Below, in pieces: positions 37,999 through 49,005 of a stretch of 64,000 nt of DNA. The DNA comes from a virus. How positions within the stretch are numbered: position 1 is the stretch's first letter; every line of letters begins with the position of its first letter. The translations under genes were made by a program, and so were the position numbers. The notes below the pieces were generated by a model. That model was not told the origin of the DNA, did not search any database, and saw nothing but the letters and a program-made list of their open reading frames with translations. The DNA lies in the IMG/VR virus record IMGVR_UViG_3300035698_016128, positions 60,120 through 124,119 of that record, one strand, 5' to 3'.

Positions 37999-38550
37999 AT
38001 GGATTTGAAGAAATCAGAATCAGTCTTCATACGTGAACTCGGCATATACTATAACTCCACACCCTCACCAGCGAGTATCGCAAAACTTTCTTGGATATTC
38101 GAGGAAATACAAGACAGTAATTATTGCGAGCAGGATATAATTAATTATGTTGAGTTCACATACATTGTAATCAAAAGAATCAAGGACCGGTCAAGACGTG
38201 GAAGCGCCCCCTACTTTGTAGCGATACTTGCTAACAAAGAAAACTGGGCAAGGTTCCTTGATCAACTTGATGCCCAACGGGAAATAGAAAATGAGACGGG
38301 TACGGATGCAGAAGAACCAGCCCCTTCGGTATCAATGGTTGAATGGAATGACAAGCCCTATGTTAAGGTCGGGACAATTGGTAACGTTGATGTGTATTTC
38401 TCCAAAGAGGAAACCAATTTCGTCATTTGTGATTTAAATGAAATTGTGCCAAAATACATGAGGCTACCAAAGTGGAATAAGAACAACCCATCCGAGAAGA
38501 TTACCTACAAACAACTTAAAAAGCTATTGGAGAAAAAGGGGTTGCTATGA
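37999..38550 (+). CDS. hypothetical protein in replication cluster
   Basis: 183 aa. Confidence 0.6.
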   Translation: MDLKKSESVFIRELGIYYNSTPSPASIAKLSWIFEEIQDSNYCEQDIINYVEFTYIVIKRIKDRSRRGSAPYFVAILANKENWARFLDQLDAQREIENETGTDAEEPAPSVSMVEWNDKPYVKVGTIGNVDVYFSKEETNFVICDLNEIVPKYMRLPKWNKNNPSEKITYKQLKKLLEKKGLL

Positions 38551-39026
38551 ATTTCAATTTCCTTTTTAATCTATTGGCATTTATCTTTATGTGGCTGACC
38601 GGAGCCTCACGGTTCATGAACGGCTTCAAGACAATAATGATTGACTTTGACGGCGTGCTGTTCCCGACGAACGGAAAGCTTTTCGAAACAGATTTTGAAA
38701 ACAACTCAGTTCCATACACAATGATCTTATTTATTAGCTGGCTATACGAAAATGATTTTAAGGTCATCATCCATACAAGCAGGGTTATCAACAACCCCCT
38801 TCATTATTTCAAAATAAGAAAATATCTTAAAAGATATGGCATCAGGTTTGAATACATCACGGCGATAAAATTTCCAGCCCTGCTATATGTTGACGACTCA
38901 GCCGTTGTGTTCAGCACCGAATGCAAGGGGCAGGATAATAAATACTTCTTTCATTACCTTGTAGAGAAAACAGAAAGAACATTGGAAGAGAAATTGCACA
39001 AACGTAAGGACCAGTGGGGGTTCTAG
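38547..39026 (+). CDS. HAD-family phosphatase
   Basis: IDFDGVL, IHTSR, YVDD. Confidence 0.75.
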   Translation: MNFNFLFNLLAFIFMWLTGASRFMNGFKTIMIDFDGVLFPTNGKLFETDFENNSVPYTMILFISWLYENDFKVIIHTSRVINNPLHYFKIRKYLKRYGIRFEYITAIKFPALLYVDDSAVVFSTECKGQDNKYFFHYLVEKTERTLEEKLHKRKDQWGF

Positions 39027-39027
39027 T

Positions 39028-39924
39028 ATGTCAGGCGAACGATCAGGGCGTTACTTAAAAGAGTTATCCCGCCTTTCTTATATAATTCAAGAGTGTGATA
39101 AGTGCGGAGGCACTGGCCTTTCGAAAGAAGGACTGTTATCGGAAGCACGCGTGACCAAGGCTTCTCTTAAAGATCTTCGTAAGGCAGAATTGAGAAGTTC
39201 AAGCAGAACGCAACGAGCCCAACAGGAATGGGTGAAGAAGAACAAGGAGAATCCACGCAACCCCGGCTTTGGACTATGTGCGTGCAAACGAAAGTCAGAA
39301 GCGTTGAGAGAAATAATCATTGCTGACATACCCCGCAAGTTCCATACCATCGTACCCGCCGACCTTGTCCCCCGCAACATAACTGTGCTTGGCGTACAGA
39401 AAATGCCGATGCAAAAATTTATCAAATGGTATACCAACAAATTCGATGAGGCCAAGAAGAACGCAATGGGCCTTAATATCTATGGCAAGTACGGTAGGGG
39501 TAAGACTTTTGCTACCCAATACATATGCACACAACTCGCCAAGCACAGGTACTCTGTTCACCACATCCCATTCTTCCAATTACTTGACCTAGTTCGATAT
39601 CCAGATAAACAACTTGATTTCCTCAGAGAAATCCTTGAAGTTGATTTCCTTGTGGTCGATGATATTGGTGCTGAACATGCATCACGCCGTGGATTCTGCG
39701 GTGAGGTTGCCTACTCACTCAGGCGGCGAATTGCAAAGAAGCGCCCTACCTGTTTCGTATTTGATGAGGGGGTACAGAAGCCAGATGAAATCCTGGGTGT
39801 GTACGGCGCACCCTTCTCAGCGGTATGCCGTGAACGCAATATGAATCTCGTATTAGCCAAGCGTGTAATTGATTCGGCAACAAGCGATAGATTTGTGAAG
39901 CGGTTCTTCCAAGGAATAACTTGA
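39028..39924 (+). CDS. DnaC/IstB-like helicase loader ATPase
   Basis: CDKC...CAC Zn motif, GKYGRGKT, LVVDDIG. Confidence 0.8.
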   Translation: MSGERSGRYLKELSRLSYIIQECDKCGGTGLSKEGLLSEARVTKASLKDLRKAELRSSSRTQRAQQEWVKKNKENPRNPGFGLCACKRKSEALREIIIADIPRKFHTIVPADLVPRNITVLGVQKMPMQKFIKWYTNKFDEAKKNAMGLNIYGKYGRGKTFATQYICTQLAKHRYSVHHIPFFQLLDLVRYPDKQLDFLREILEVDFLVVDDIGAEHASRRGFCGEVAYSLRRRIAKKRPTCFVFDEGVQKPDEILGVYGAPFSAVCRERNMNLVLAKRVIDSATSDRFVKRFFQGIT

Positions 39925-39934
39925 AAGGTAACCA

Positions 39935-41263
39935 ATGAGTAGTGCGAACGTTGAGCGAGACGTATTAGCTACACTCCTAGTTGATCAATCAATCTTGACC
40001 AAAATGGGAACAAAGCTAAAAACAGAACATCTCACAGTTCCATATTTGAGATGGATATACAAGAAGCTTTCACGCTTTGAAGCGAAGTACGGTGACTTGC
40101 CCAAGGTTTCATATTTTGTAAGAGAAATTGCAAAGGATAAGAGACTATCTAGGGAAGAGAAGGAACGATACGAAAGACTTGTGCGCCGGTTGTACAGAAG
40201 AAAGATCTCAAAGGGTTCAAAGTTATATGCCCTCGAAGAAGTTGAGAGGTTTGCCGCCAAGCAACAGGTCATGCTAAGTATAGAAAAAAGTCTTGATAGG
40301 CTTGAGCGTGACGAGTTGGAAGAGGCAGTTGGAGAACTCACATCAACCGCAAGGATACGTTCATCAGAACGAGACTTTGAAATATCAAATTGGGGTACCG
40401 GCTGGAAGGAACGCCAGCAGTTCAGAAAACTTTGGAAGAAAGATCCCGCCGCAGTAGGTATCATTCCCTTTCCATGGGACGGTCTCAACAAAATCATTCA
40501 CGGGATTCAGCGCAAAGAAGTATGCACCATAGCCGCTACCACGAACGTCGGCAAATCAATTGCAATCATGCTGTGCGGTAGGTATGCATTCACTGATGGA
40601 AAGAAAGTTCTACATATAGAAATTGAGGACAGCAAGGAATTGATTGAGCGCAGGTATGATTCTTCAATACTTGGGGTATCCTCTGAAGCATTGAAGACCT
40701 TTTCGTTAAGCAAGGGCCAGAGAAGAAAGATTAATGAGAAGGTAAAGTTTATCCGTAGCGCACTTGGTGATAATCTTATAGTTGCCAAATGCTACCCCCG
40801 TAAATCAAGTATCATAACGATAGATAGAATCCTTTGGGAACTTGAACAGCAGGGTTGGAAGCCTGACTTCGTAGTCATCGATCACGCTGACGTTATGGCC
40901 CCATCAGAAAAACAAGATCAATACCGTCTTGATCAGGGCGTTGTATATTGGGATTTAAATACATTAGCTGACATGCGCAAGCTTCCCATACTCACAGCCA
41001 CACAGGTGAAGGTTGGGTTCAAGGGGAAACGTGCAACAGCGGAGGCACTATCAGAAGCGTATGACAAGGCACGGATTTTGAATATGATTCTCACCCTGAA
41101 TCAACCTGACGAATCATCCCCCGAAATGGCCCTGTTTGTTGCCAAGAATCGTGATGGTCCAAAGGGTGCAGTCATACCACTCATTGCAAGATTTAATATG
41201 ATGAGACTATATGAGGCTAGGTTCATTAAAGGCGCAGTAACAGAGGAGGATGAAGATGAGTAA
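39935..41263 (+). CDS. dnaB: replicative helicase
   Basis: ATTNVGKS, VVIDHAD, TATQ, AKNRDG. Confidence 0.85.
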   Translation: MSSANVERDVLATLLVDQSILTKMGTKLKTEHLTVPYLRWIYKKLSRFEAKYGDLPKVSYFVREIAKDKRLSREEKERYERLVRRLYRRKISKGSKLYALEEVERFAAKQQVMLSIEKSLDRLERDELEEAVGELTSTARIRSSERDFEISNWGTGWKERQQFRKLWKKDPAAVGIIPFPWDGLNKIIHGIQRKEVCTIAATTNVGKSIAIMLCGRYAFTDGKKVLHIEIEDSKELIERRYDSSILGVSSEALKTFSLSKGQRRKINEKVKFIRSALGDNLIVAKCYPRKSSIITIDRILWELEQQGWKPDFVVIDHADVMAPSEKQDQYRLDQGVVYWDLNTLADMRKLPILTATQVKVGFKGKRATAEALSEAYDKARILNMILTLNQPDESSPEMALFVAKNRDGPKGAVIPLIARFNMMRLYEARFIKGAVTEEDEDE

Positions 41264-41681
41264 GAAACCTAGGAAATTTAAGGCTCCAAGCAAGCGCCCC
41301 ATGTCAACAGTAAAGGCAGGGGGTGGTACCAAGTATGATCCAATGCAAGATTTTTTCCAAAAGACAATGGAACAGGTTGAGCAACGGGTTCGCATTGCAG
41401 AGATGAAATCTCAAATGGCTACCGATAAGCTTGAAGGTGCGCTTGATGCAATCAAAGCGAATCAGGCAGTCATGCAATTGCTTGTTGGCAAAAGCGGATT
41501 GTATACCGCTGAGCAATTTCAATTTGAATTTGCCAAATATGTAGAAGAGGAACTCGGCATAGTTGAGGATGGCAAAATCAAAGGTGCTGTGTTTGTCAAC
41601 TTTTTCAACGTTGGAGCGATGGCGCCGGTCACAAGCGCAGTAGCCGAGCATGATGGCAAGGGTCCTGTATTTTTTCAATAA
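41256..41681 (+). CDS. hypothetical protein
   Basis: Coupled to dnaB. Confidence 0.6.
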   Translation: MSKKPRKFKAPSKRPMSTVKAGGGTKYDPMQDFFQKTMEQVEQRVRIAEMKSQMATDKLEGALDAIKANQAVMQLLVGKSGLYTAEQFQFEFAKYVEEELGIVEDGKIKGAVFVNFFNVGAMAPVTSAVAEHDGKGPVFFQ

Positions 41682-41693
41682 TGGAGGGGTATC

Positions 41694-43442
41694 ATGAAAA
41701 TAGTAAAAATCGTAAAAGACATTGATCTCAGTAAGCTCATTGGCACCAACAAAAAACTGAAGGCAGGAAGGTCGTATTTATTCTCTGATCTCTTAGTGGG
41801 CCAGTTAAGCTATATAATCCCAGAGAATATCGGCGTAGCCCTCGATATTAGCGCCATGTACAATGGATACAAAGGAGAAGACCTCAGCGATAAAACTCTT
41901 CTGTGCTGGCGGCACGGTGGCATCGGCGACCTCATGTTTATGATGCCCCCCTTGAGACTGCTGAAGAAGAAATACCCCACATGCAAACTCGTAGTTGCGG
42001 TTGGCGCAAAGTACATAGACATATGGAGAAATATACCATACATAGATGAAGTACATCAGCTTCCAATAGATTCGGATATTCTCAAAGCGGCCGACTACCA
42101 TCTCCACTTCGAACAGATTATTGAGGGAAGCAAGAAGGCAGAAGCCATGAACGCCTATGACTTGTTTCTTGAACGGTTTGGATTCAATTCGGAGGAGGTA
42201 CCCAGTGCAGAAAAGCGCCCCGATATATTCTTTACCACAAAAGAGAAATTGGATGCTGACGCTTTGATGCACAGCGTCAAGTTCAACAACGGAATTACCG
42301 TGGTGGGGCTACAGCTATCCGCAAGCACACCGCTTCGCTCCTTCCCCCATCAGAAAAACTATCTGCTAATCAAAGAATTGGTAAGCCGGGGTATTGCCGT
42401 GATATTATTCGGCGGTCCTGCGCAGATCAAAATGGCAGAGAACATCATGGCAACATTAATCGGCGAAGAACTTCCCGACATTGAAGTCAACGGAGTAACA
42501 TACAAGACAGAAGAGTTGGTGATAAACCTTCCCGGTATGCGATTTTCATTACGGCAATCAATGACTATCGTTGCTCACTGCAACGTCATGGTATGCCCTG
42601 ACAGTTCAATGATACACATATCTGCTGGCATTGGGGTGCCTGTGGTGGGTCTGTACGGGCCGTTTCCTTCTGAGCTACGTATGAAGTACTACTACAACGC
42701 AATTGCCCTTGATGCCAGTACTGCGTGCTCCCCCTGCTTCACTCACACGCATGCGGGTTGCCCGAAGGGGGTACCGTCACCATGCTTCAGCCTGATTGAG
42801 ATTGAACAGATATTAATTGCAATCAATGTCCTGCTCAGCAAGACAAAGCAATGTGCTATGGCAGAAATGGATAAATACAGAAAGAATAAGTTCGCAAATA
42901 TGCTAACCCACTGCGATGACTATCTCACAGGGCATGGGATTGATTTCGGAAGCGGCTACTCTGCATGGCGGTATGAAGATGGTAAGAGAAAGTATGATTG
43001 CATGACAATCGACTTCAACCCGCTGTGCGAACCCGATACGATATTTGATTTCATGGACCCGGTCTTCGTACAAGACAAGCCACCCGAAGGTAAGGAGCTT
43101 GATTATGTTATTTCAAGCTTCAGCGTCAACACAGAGGCACAGCTTACACGAGTCATTGATATGGCCGATACATTGCTTGCCGTAGGCGGTCACCTCATTC
43201 TGTACATAGGTGACAGCAGGTTAACACAGAGCATTGATAACTCCGACGGACTTATGTCGAAGCAAATGGCCGACTACATGCGCAGTGAATTGACTCACGA
43301 GCAGATTGTCGATGCGGTATCCAAAAGAAAATATATGCAAGCCCACGAAGTATTGCCTACTGCAAAATTGACAGATGAAGATTTCGAGCCCATCAGTTCA
43401 AACTTCGGAATCCTTACAGTGTGGAAAAAGTATGCCGACTAA
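41694..43442 (+). CDS. GT9-family glycosyltransferase fused to a SAM-methyltransferase-like domain
   Basis: GGIGDL, CPDSSMIHISAG.GVPVVGLYGP, CSPC...C...C; C-terminal IDFGSG. Confidence 0.85.
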   Translation: MKIVKIVKDIDLSKLIGTNKKLKAGRSYLFSDLLVGQLSYIIPENIGVALDISAMYNGYKGEDLSDKTLLCWRHGGIGDLMFMMPPLRLLKKKYPTCKLVVAVGAKYIDIWRNIPYIDEVHQLPIDSDILKAADYHLHFEQIIEGSKKAEAMNAYDLFLERFGFNSEEVPSAEKRPDIFFTTKEKLDADALMHSVKFNNGITVVGLQLSASTPLRSFPHQKNYLLIKELVSRGIAVILFGGPAQIKMAENIMATLIGEELPDIEVNGVTYKTEELVINLPGMRFSLRQSMTIVAHCNVMVCPDSSMIHISAGIGVPVVGLYGPFPSELRMKYYYNAIALDASTACSPCFTHTHAGCPKGVPSPCFSLIEIEQILIAINVLLSKTKQCAMAEMDKYRKNKFANMLTHCDDYLTGHGIDFGSGYSAWRYEDGKRKYDCMTIDFNPLCEPDTIFDFMDPVFVQDKPPEGKELDYVISSFSVNTEAQLTRVIDMADTLLAVGGHLILYIGDSRLTQSIDNSDGLMSKQMADYMRSELTHEQIVDAVSKRKYMQAHEVLPTAKLTDEDFEPISSNFGILTVWKKYAD

Positions 43443-44499
43443 TGCAATAATCTGTAAGCGAGGGGCTTCAAAGTATAAAGCCCCTAAGGATGTACCTGCA
43501 ACCCTAAAACGCCTCGGGGTAGAATTTGTTCCCGCCAGCACAGGTGCGGAATTACGCATGGATTGCATTGATCCGTCATGCCCCAACCCAAAGAAACATC
43601 TGTACATGAATAAGAAAACTGGGCTGTTCATCTGTCACCGCTGTGGATTAACGGGCAACATTCTAGTACTGGTTAAGATTGTAAAGAAGGTTACAATCTC
43701 TACAGCTAGGTTGATGATCTTCGGTGAGGAAGTATCCTGGGCTCCTACCATGGCCGACCTTCGAAAACGTATTGCCGAAATGCCTGAGCTGGAAACAGAC
43801 ATCGAGCAGACGTTTGGCCTTAAGGTTATCATCAATCCTCCGCCGGGAAGCAAGGGCATAAAGAAAAAACTTTTCCCGAAGATCCTCAACGAACGAAAGA
43901 TACCATATAGTCTTGCCAAGGAGATGGACGTTCGCATGTGCCACACCGAACGATATACCAACAGGTTGATATTTCCTTTCAAATGTAACGGCAATAAGAG
44001 CTTCGTTGCATACAGGACAAACGAGTACCAGAAACCCAAAACCCTTAACCCTTTTGGGTCAGAAAACGAACACCTACTTTACCCCTTCGATTGGGCGCAG
44101 GAAAAAGGCCCAAATTCCAATGACTTAATAGTTGTCGAAGGTATATTTGACTGTTTGCGAATACTTTTGTATAATTATTGTAGTGTTGCACTTCTGAAGA
44201 GCTACCTTAGCGAAGAACAAGCAATACTCCTGAATCAAAGTAAATGCAAACGCATAATTTTTATTCTGGATGGCGATGTGCCACCGGAAAGGTATGAGCG
44301 CAATGCAAAGAATGTTTCCCTTATCACAGAACGTCCTACCTTCTTCTCACCAATCAGTGACGAATGGAAAGACCCTGATCAATTCTCACTAGAGGAATTG
44401 GAGCACCATATTGCTATGGCTAGGCCAGCCGGTCGTGAATTCAGAGTAAGATCCAAGTTAGCAAAAATTCGCAAAAGCACTCGGCATACTATGGCGTGA
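43432..44499 (+). CDS. dnaG: DNA primase (Zn finger + TOPRIM)
   Basis: C...CP...H...CHRC; VVEGIFD; LDGD. Confidence 0.85.
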   Translation: MPTNAIICKRGASKYKAPKDVPATLKRLGVEFVPASTGAELRMDCIDPSCPNPKKHLYMNKKTGLFICHRCGLTGNILVLVKIVKKVTISTARLMIFGEEVSWAPTMADLRKRIAEMPELETDIEQTFGLKVIINPPPGSKGIKKKLFPKILNERKIPYSLAKEMDVRMCHTERYTNRLIFPFKCNGNKSFVAYRTNEYQKPKTLNPFGSENEHLLYPFDWAQEKGPNSNDLIVVEGIFDCLRILLYNYCSVALLKSYLSEEQAILLNQSKCKRIIFILDGDVPPERYERNAKNVSLITERPTFFSPISDEWKDPDQFSLEELEHHIAMARPAGREFRVRSKLAKIRKSTRHTMA

Positions 44500-44569
44500 A
44501 CGGCATATAATAAAGTGAACGGGGTGTGCAAAGAACATAGCAATAAACCAGAGTAAAAAGGAGAGTATC

Positions 44570-45700
44570 ATGGCACGTAAGAAGAAGGATGAGGAAAAGA
44601 AAAAGAAAGAAGAGGAACTGGAGGAAAGCGAATGTCCTGAGTTCGGTAACCCCGATGAGGAGGACGATGCCTGTCAGTCATGCGAGGCGCTGAAAGCATG
44701 CAAGAAGCAGAAGAAGAAGAAACTCGCCGAAGAAGAAGAACCCGACGATGACGATGAAGGGGACGACGATCTCGAAGAAGGTGATGACGAAGATGGCGAC
44801 GATGGGGATGACGACGCCGACGACGAAAACACCGACGACGATGAGGACGATGACGATGATGATGACACCGACGGGGACGAGGACAGCGAAAAAGAAGGCG
44901 ATGACGATCCGGACGATGAAGACGACGAAGACTCGGGCGACGATTCGGGTGAGGCCGACGACGGCGACGATGACGATGATGACGGCGATGATGGCGATGA
45001 TGAAGAGGACGGCGATGGCGATGATGACGATGATGAAGAAGAGCCGCCGCCTCCCAAGAAGAAAAAGGGTAAGAAGAAAATTCAGGTCGACAAATCGGTG
45101 AAGAAAACCAAGGAAGAGAAACCCGCAAGGAAAGAGGGAAAGAAGGAGGACGAGACGATGGCGAAGAAAGGTAAGACGGCGAAGCCCGCCAAGAAGCGTG
45201 AATCGGCCCCGCGAACGCCGATGATTGAAGGAACCCACATCCCCGAGGGGTTCGAGAAGATGATGGCGCTCCTGGAGAAGCGCGGTGAACTTTCGAACAA
45301 GGCCACGGCAACGGTCGTGAAATTCAAGGACGCTCGTATCGGCTCCTTCGTCCGGGGTACGGGCAACGCAGACCGTGCGCGGTTCATCATTTATCGCTCT
45401 GGGGACTGGAAATGCCCCTCCGAATTGGATGCTATGAACAGCGAGAACACCCGGCACAACAGTGAACTGATCGTTACGATCCCGGCCCGGTCCCAGGTCA
45501 AGACCACCAAGGCCATCCTGGAACTGGTCGAGAGCAACATGGCTTCCTTCCGCGCCAAGGCTCCCAAGAAGAAAGCGCCTCCGGCGGAACCCAAGAAGGA
45601 TGTAAAGAAGGCTGGCAAGGCGAAGAAGGCCGCGGAGACGGACGATCCCCCGCCTACCGGGAAGAGCAAGAAGAAGAAGGGCAAGAAAAGCAAAAAGTAA
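44570..45700 (+). CDS. highly charged protein: 4-Cys module, D/E tract, Lys-rich tracts, globular C-terminal domain
   Basis: CPEFG...CQSC...C; about 110-aa acidic tract; PPPPKKKK. Confidence 0.75.
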   Translation: MARKKKDEEKKKKEEELEESECPEFGNPDEEDDACQSCEALKACKKQKKKKLAEEEEPDDDDEGDDDLEEGDDEDGDDGDDDADDENTDDDEDDDDDDDTDGDEDSEKEGDDDPDDEDDEDSGDDSGEADDGDDDDDDGDDGDDEEDGDGDDDDDEEEPPPPKKKKGKKKIQVDKSVKKTKEEKPARKEGKKEDETMAKKGKTAKPAKKRESAPRTPMIEGTHIPEGFEKMMALLEKRGELSNKATATVVKFKDARIGSFVRGTGNADRARFIIYRSGDWKCPSELDAMNSENTRHNSELIVTIPARSQVKTTKAILELVESNMASFRAKAPKKKAPPAEPKKDVKKAGKAKKAAETDDPPPTGKSKKKKGKKSKK

Positions 45701-45804
45701 GGGGAAGCATTTAAATCCCCCCGGTGCTTCACCTTACTGAAAAAAGTGGGTACATGGTCTCGTGTTCGGGGCCGTGTACCCACATCTTCCTTCAGGAGTA
45801 TGCA

Positions 45805-46713
45805 ATGCCCTCCACAGATAAGCAGAAAGAATATGTAGAACGAGCAATCAACAATGCAAACAAGCCGTTCGTCAAACTCATAGGTAAACCACGAGTAGCC
45901 ACAGACGGACGAATCATATATAACACCAAGCCCACCAACCCTGAAGATACCTACCTTGGACATTTCGGCGCAGAAGATATCATATTCCAAAGCCGGTTGA
46001 GCTACAGCGCTTTTGTCCATTACTTCCGCTACACTCATGCAGTCAAGCTGATACCCCGGCAGAAGATGAACATTCTCGACCTTGGGGGTGGCGTCGGAAG
46101 TATTGGTCGAATGCTGTATCAAGCCTTGAAGAAACCCAACTACGCCATGATAGACCTTGACGAACGCATACTCCGCAAGGCAATCAAACGTGGCTATGGA
46201 TTCTGCGACACCCTGTTCATACAGCGCGACCTTCACAGAAAGCTTCCCTTTCGAGATAACTCTTTTGATTTCGTTTTCGCTTACGAAATTCTTGAACATA
46301 TGGATGAAGCCCACGGGCGGAAATTTATCAACGAGATCCACCGGGTACTACGCCGGGGTGGACGCGCCAGCATCAGCACTCCAAACAACTGGCGTGGTGA
46401 AGACCCGAAGGTAAAGGCGCAGAAGTTCCGTAAGTACAAGAAGCATGCCGAGATAACCAAGGGCGGAGCGCTTGACTATCATCCATACGAATGGCATTGG
46501 AAAGATCTCAAATCAATGTTGCTTGAAGCTGGCTTCAAACTCGATAGCTTCTTTGGCCTTGGGTGCCTGAAGCTTAAGGATGTTGACAGCCTTGAGTCAA
46601 AGCAAATGAGTACGCTTGCCGAGTTCCTACCGTCTGATATGGCACGTGCCTTGTGCTATATCCGTAAGCCGCAATGCGCGGAAAATGTTCTCTTTGACTG
46701 CACAAAGGAGTAG
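45805..46713 (+). CDS. class I SAM-dependent methyltransferase
   Basis: ILDLGGGVG, LPFRDNSFDFV, EILEH, STPN. Confidence 0.85.
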   Translation: MPSTDKQKEYVERAINNANKPFVKLIGKPRVATDGRIIYNTKPTNPEDTYLGHFGAEDIIFQSRLSYSAFVHYFRYTHAVKLIPRQKMNILDLGGGVGSIGRMLYQALKKPNYAMIDLDERILRKAIKRGYGFCDTLFIQRDLHRKLPFRDNSFDFVFAYEILEHMDEAHGRKFINEIHRVLRRGGRASISTPNNWRGEDPKVKAQKFRKYKKHAEITKGGALDYHPYEWHWKDLKSMLLEAGFKLDSFFGLGCLKLKDVDSLESKQMSTLAEFLPSDMARALCYIRKPQCAENVLFDCTKE

Positions 46714-46716
46714 GCT

Positions 46717-47315
46717 ATGAAGAGGATCATAACCATGATGATGGTTATTGCTATGTGTGCTGTTATCTCTGGGTGTGTTCGCACCGACAACAAAGATGAA
46801 TGCATGGTAAAGAGCGAAGTAAAGGACGTTGTCATGCAATCGTATGAGGCTGGCATACTCGGCGGATTCGGTGGGGCGCTCAAGTGCACTGGCGAATTAA
46901 TGGAGAAGGCAACGAACGGCGATATGCCCTCGTACAAGATTGAGAGGTTTCTTGAAGAATGCACGACGGCCTCGAAGCGAGACCTCATGCGGAAATTCAA
47001 AAGAGAAATGGGTAGAATAGACTGAGGGGGCAACTCATGAGGCGCAAGAAAGCACTCAAGAAACTCCAGGCATTCAGAACAAACCTTGATAGGCCATGTT
47101 TTGAGGACAAGTACCTGCTGGCAAAGGCCGAGCATATAAATGTAGTCAATTGGCTCATAGGTTTCTATTATAGAAAGCCACATAGGAGAGACATAACGCC
47201 GGAGGAGATGATTGAATTGGTTTTTGACAATTATCATTGTTCGGCTGAACAGAAATTAGTATGGGGGAAGATCTTATATTATTGGAATAAATATAAAACA
47301 ATAAGGGGATTTTGA
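46717..47315 (+). other. two small CDSs: lipoprotein-like 46717-47025 and hypothetical 47037-47315
   Basis: Lipobox-like ISGC; RBSs. Confidence 0.6.
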
Positions 47316-48634
47316 TGGCGAACAGAATTCCAAAACTTAAAGATGACTACAATCCGTATGTTGATAAACTTACTGGCGGTAGAATCAAACGCAATCTGCA
47401 TATTGGATTCTGTTCATATTGGTTCAAGCTGATCCCTGTGATGGACGACCACATTTCGAAGAACAACCTTGAAACGATCTACATCCGGGAACTGCTCAAG
47501 CTTGGGTATGTTTATTGGCTTGGCCTTAGCCCCAAAACATTCCAAATAGAGCACCCTAGAGCCATAAATACGGCACTTGAAGTGATGAAAACCCCCCAGT
47601 GGAACCGTGAGCGCTTCGGCACCACACCAGACTATATGCAGTACTGCATTGAGAACTACGATAAACCAGAAGTCGGCATGAACTTGCCGAAGTTGGACTT
47701 TGTTTTTTGGAACGCCATGCCAACCTTCGTTCGAAGGAACGCACGCAATTACATCATGCTCCATGAGTATTCAATCAAGCAACGGGTGCCTGTGGTAACG
47801 TATGACCTCGGCCTTGAAATTGTAGGACAAGGACTGAAGCATGTGGACAGCGGTGGGCTACGTGAAGACTTCAACGAGGGTAAGCTCATGAACATCTCGG
47901 GGTATGACTACCGGGATAAAGCGGCTCACCTGAAGATGAAGGACAAGCTAGTGCACATTGTCCAGACAGGCGATTGGGGTGTTGAACTTTTACAACGCGG
48001 GCATCCGTTGCTTCGCTTCTGTACATGGTGGTTGCCCTACGATGAAGAGCAGTTGCCCGTTCAGCCAATCATAACCGATAAGAAAGAACTTGAATACAAA
48101 ATGGTATACGTGGGCAACGATAACAGACGCCGTGGCACCATGAAGAAATGGTACGGTAAGCTTCCGAGTGGGTACATGAGTATATTCGGCGGGAACTACC
48201 GGAAAGATTTAGGCACCTCATGGCCCGAGGAAGTCGTTGCCCGTTACCCCAACATCAAATTCAACGGCCCCGTAGCCATTAAGGATGTCAACGGAGTGTA
48301 CAGCAAGGCGGTAGCCACCCTCAACTTGGCAGTACCCCCGTTCGAAAAAGTAGGAGTTCAGGTATGGCGGCATTTTGAAGCGCCGCTTGGCGGGTGCGTC
48401 CTATTGATACCAAGCTCAACATACCACGCCGAAGACCTCTGCTTTGATGAAGCCCTTGTTATGGATGGCCCTGAGCATACCGTTGCCACGGTAAATATGC
48501 TCAGAAAAAACATGAAGCTCCGACGCGATATAATTATGATGCAGAGAGAAGAAGTGAAAAAGCGCTACACCATGAAGAAGAACATGCGTAATCTATTCAG
48601 GGAAATTGGCAAGGAAATCCCGCCAACGAGGTAG
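47315..48634 (+). CDS. GT-B glycosyltransferase (CgeB/T4 beta-glucosyltransferase-like)
   Basis: VYVGNDNRR, FNGPV, WRHFEAPLGGCVLL. Confidence 0.7.
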   Translation: MANRIPKLKDDYNPYVDKLTGGRIKRNLHIGFCSYWFKLIPVMDDHISKNNLETIYIRELLKLGYVYWLGLSPKTFQIEHPRAINTALEVMKTPQWNRERFGTTPDYMQYCIENYDKPEVGMNLPKLDFVFWNAMPTFVRRNARNYIMLHEYSIKQRVPVVTYDLGLEIVGQGLKHVDSGGLREDFNEGKLMNISGYDYRDKAAHLKMKDKLVHIVQTGDWGVELLQRGHPLLRFCTWWLPYDEEQLPVQPIITDKKELEYKMVYVGNDNRRRGTMKKWYGKLPSGYMSIFGGNYRKDLGTSWPEEVVARYPNIKFNGPVAIKDVNGVYSKAVATLNLAVPPFEKVGVQVWRHFEAPLGGCVLLIPSSTYHAEDLCFDEALVMDGPEHTVATVNMLRKNMKLRRDIIMMQREEVKKRYTMKKNMRNLFREIGKEIPPTR

Positions 48635-48636
48635 TC

Positions 48637-49005
48637 ATGGGCAACCTGACTGTTCTGAAATTACTCCGGCAAGCAAGCGGAATGACACTTGATCATGTCG
48701 ATAAGACTGGCGTATCAAAGTGGACATACACACTTGTTGAAGCTGGCACTTACAAAACATCAGCCAATATCAGGGTTAAGATATCAAAGCTGTATGGGCT
48801 TAAGTCAAAACGTTTGTTTGATTCCAAGGGATATGCAAAAAAGATTTCAATGAAAGAAGCAAAAATATTTGTTAAACATAAGAGTAAAGGAGAGCCTAAT
48901 GAAGTGGTTGATAAAAGTAAACCTGTCAAGCGCAGAGTGCGTAAACCTGTCAAGCGGTCTGGCGGTACAATTAGAAGTAGTCCCACGAAAAGAAGACCAT
49001 CATAA
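48637..49005 (+). CDS. XRE-like HTH protein with basic tail
   Basis: LKLLRQASGMTL...GVSKWTYTLVEAG. Confidence 0.7.
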   Translation: MGNLTVLKLLRQASGMTLDHVDKTGVSKWTYTLVEAGTYKTSANIRVKISKLYGLKSKRLFDSKGYAKKISMKEAKIFVKHKSKGEPNEVVDKSKPVKRRVRKPVKRSGGTIRSSPTKRRPS

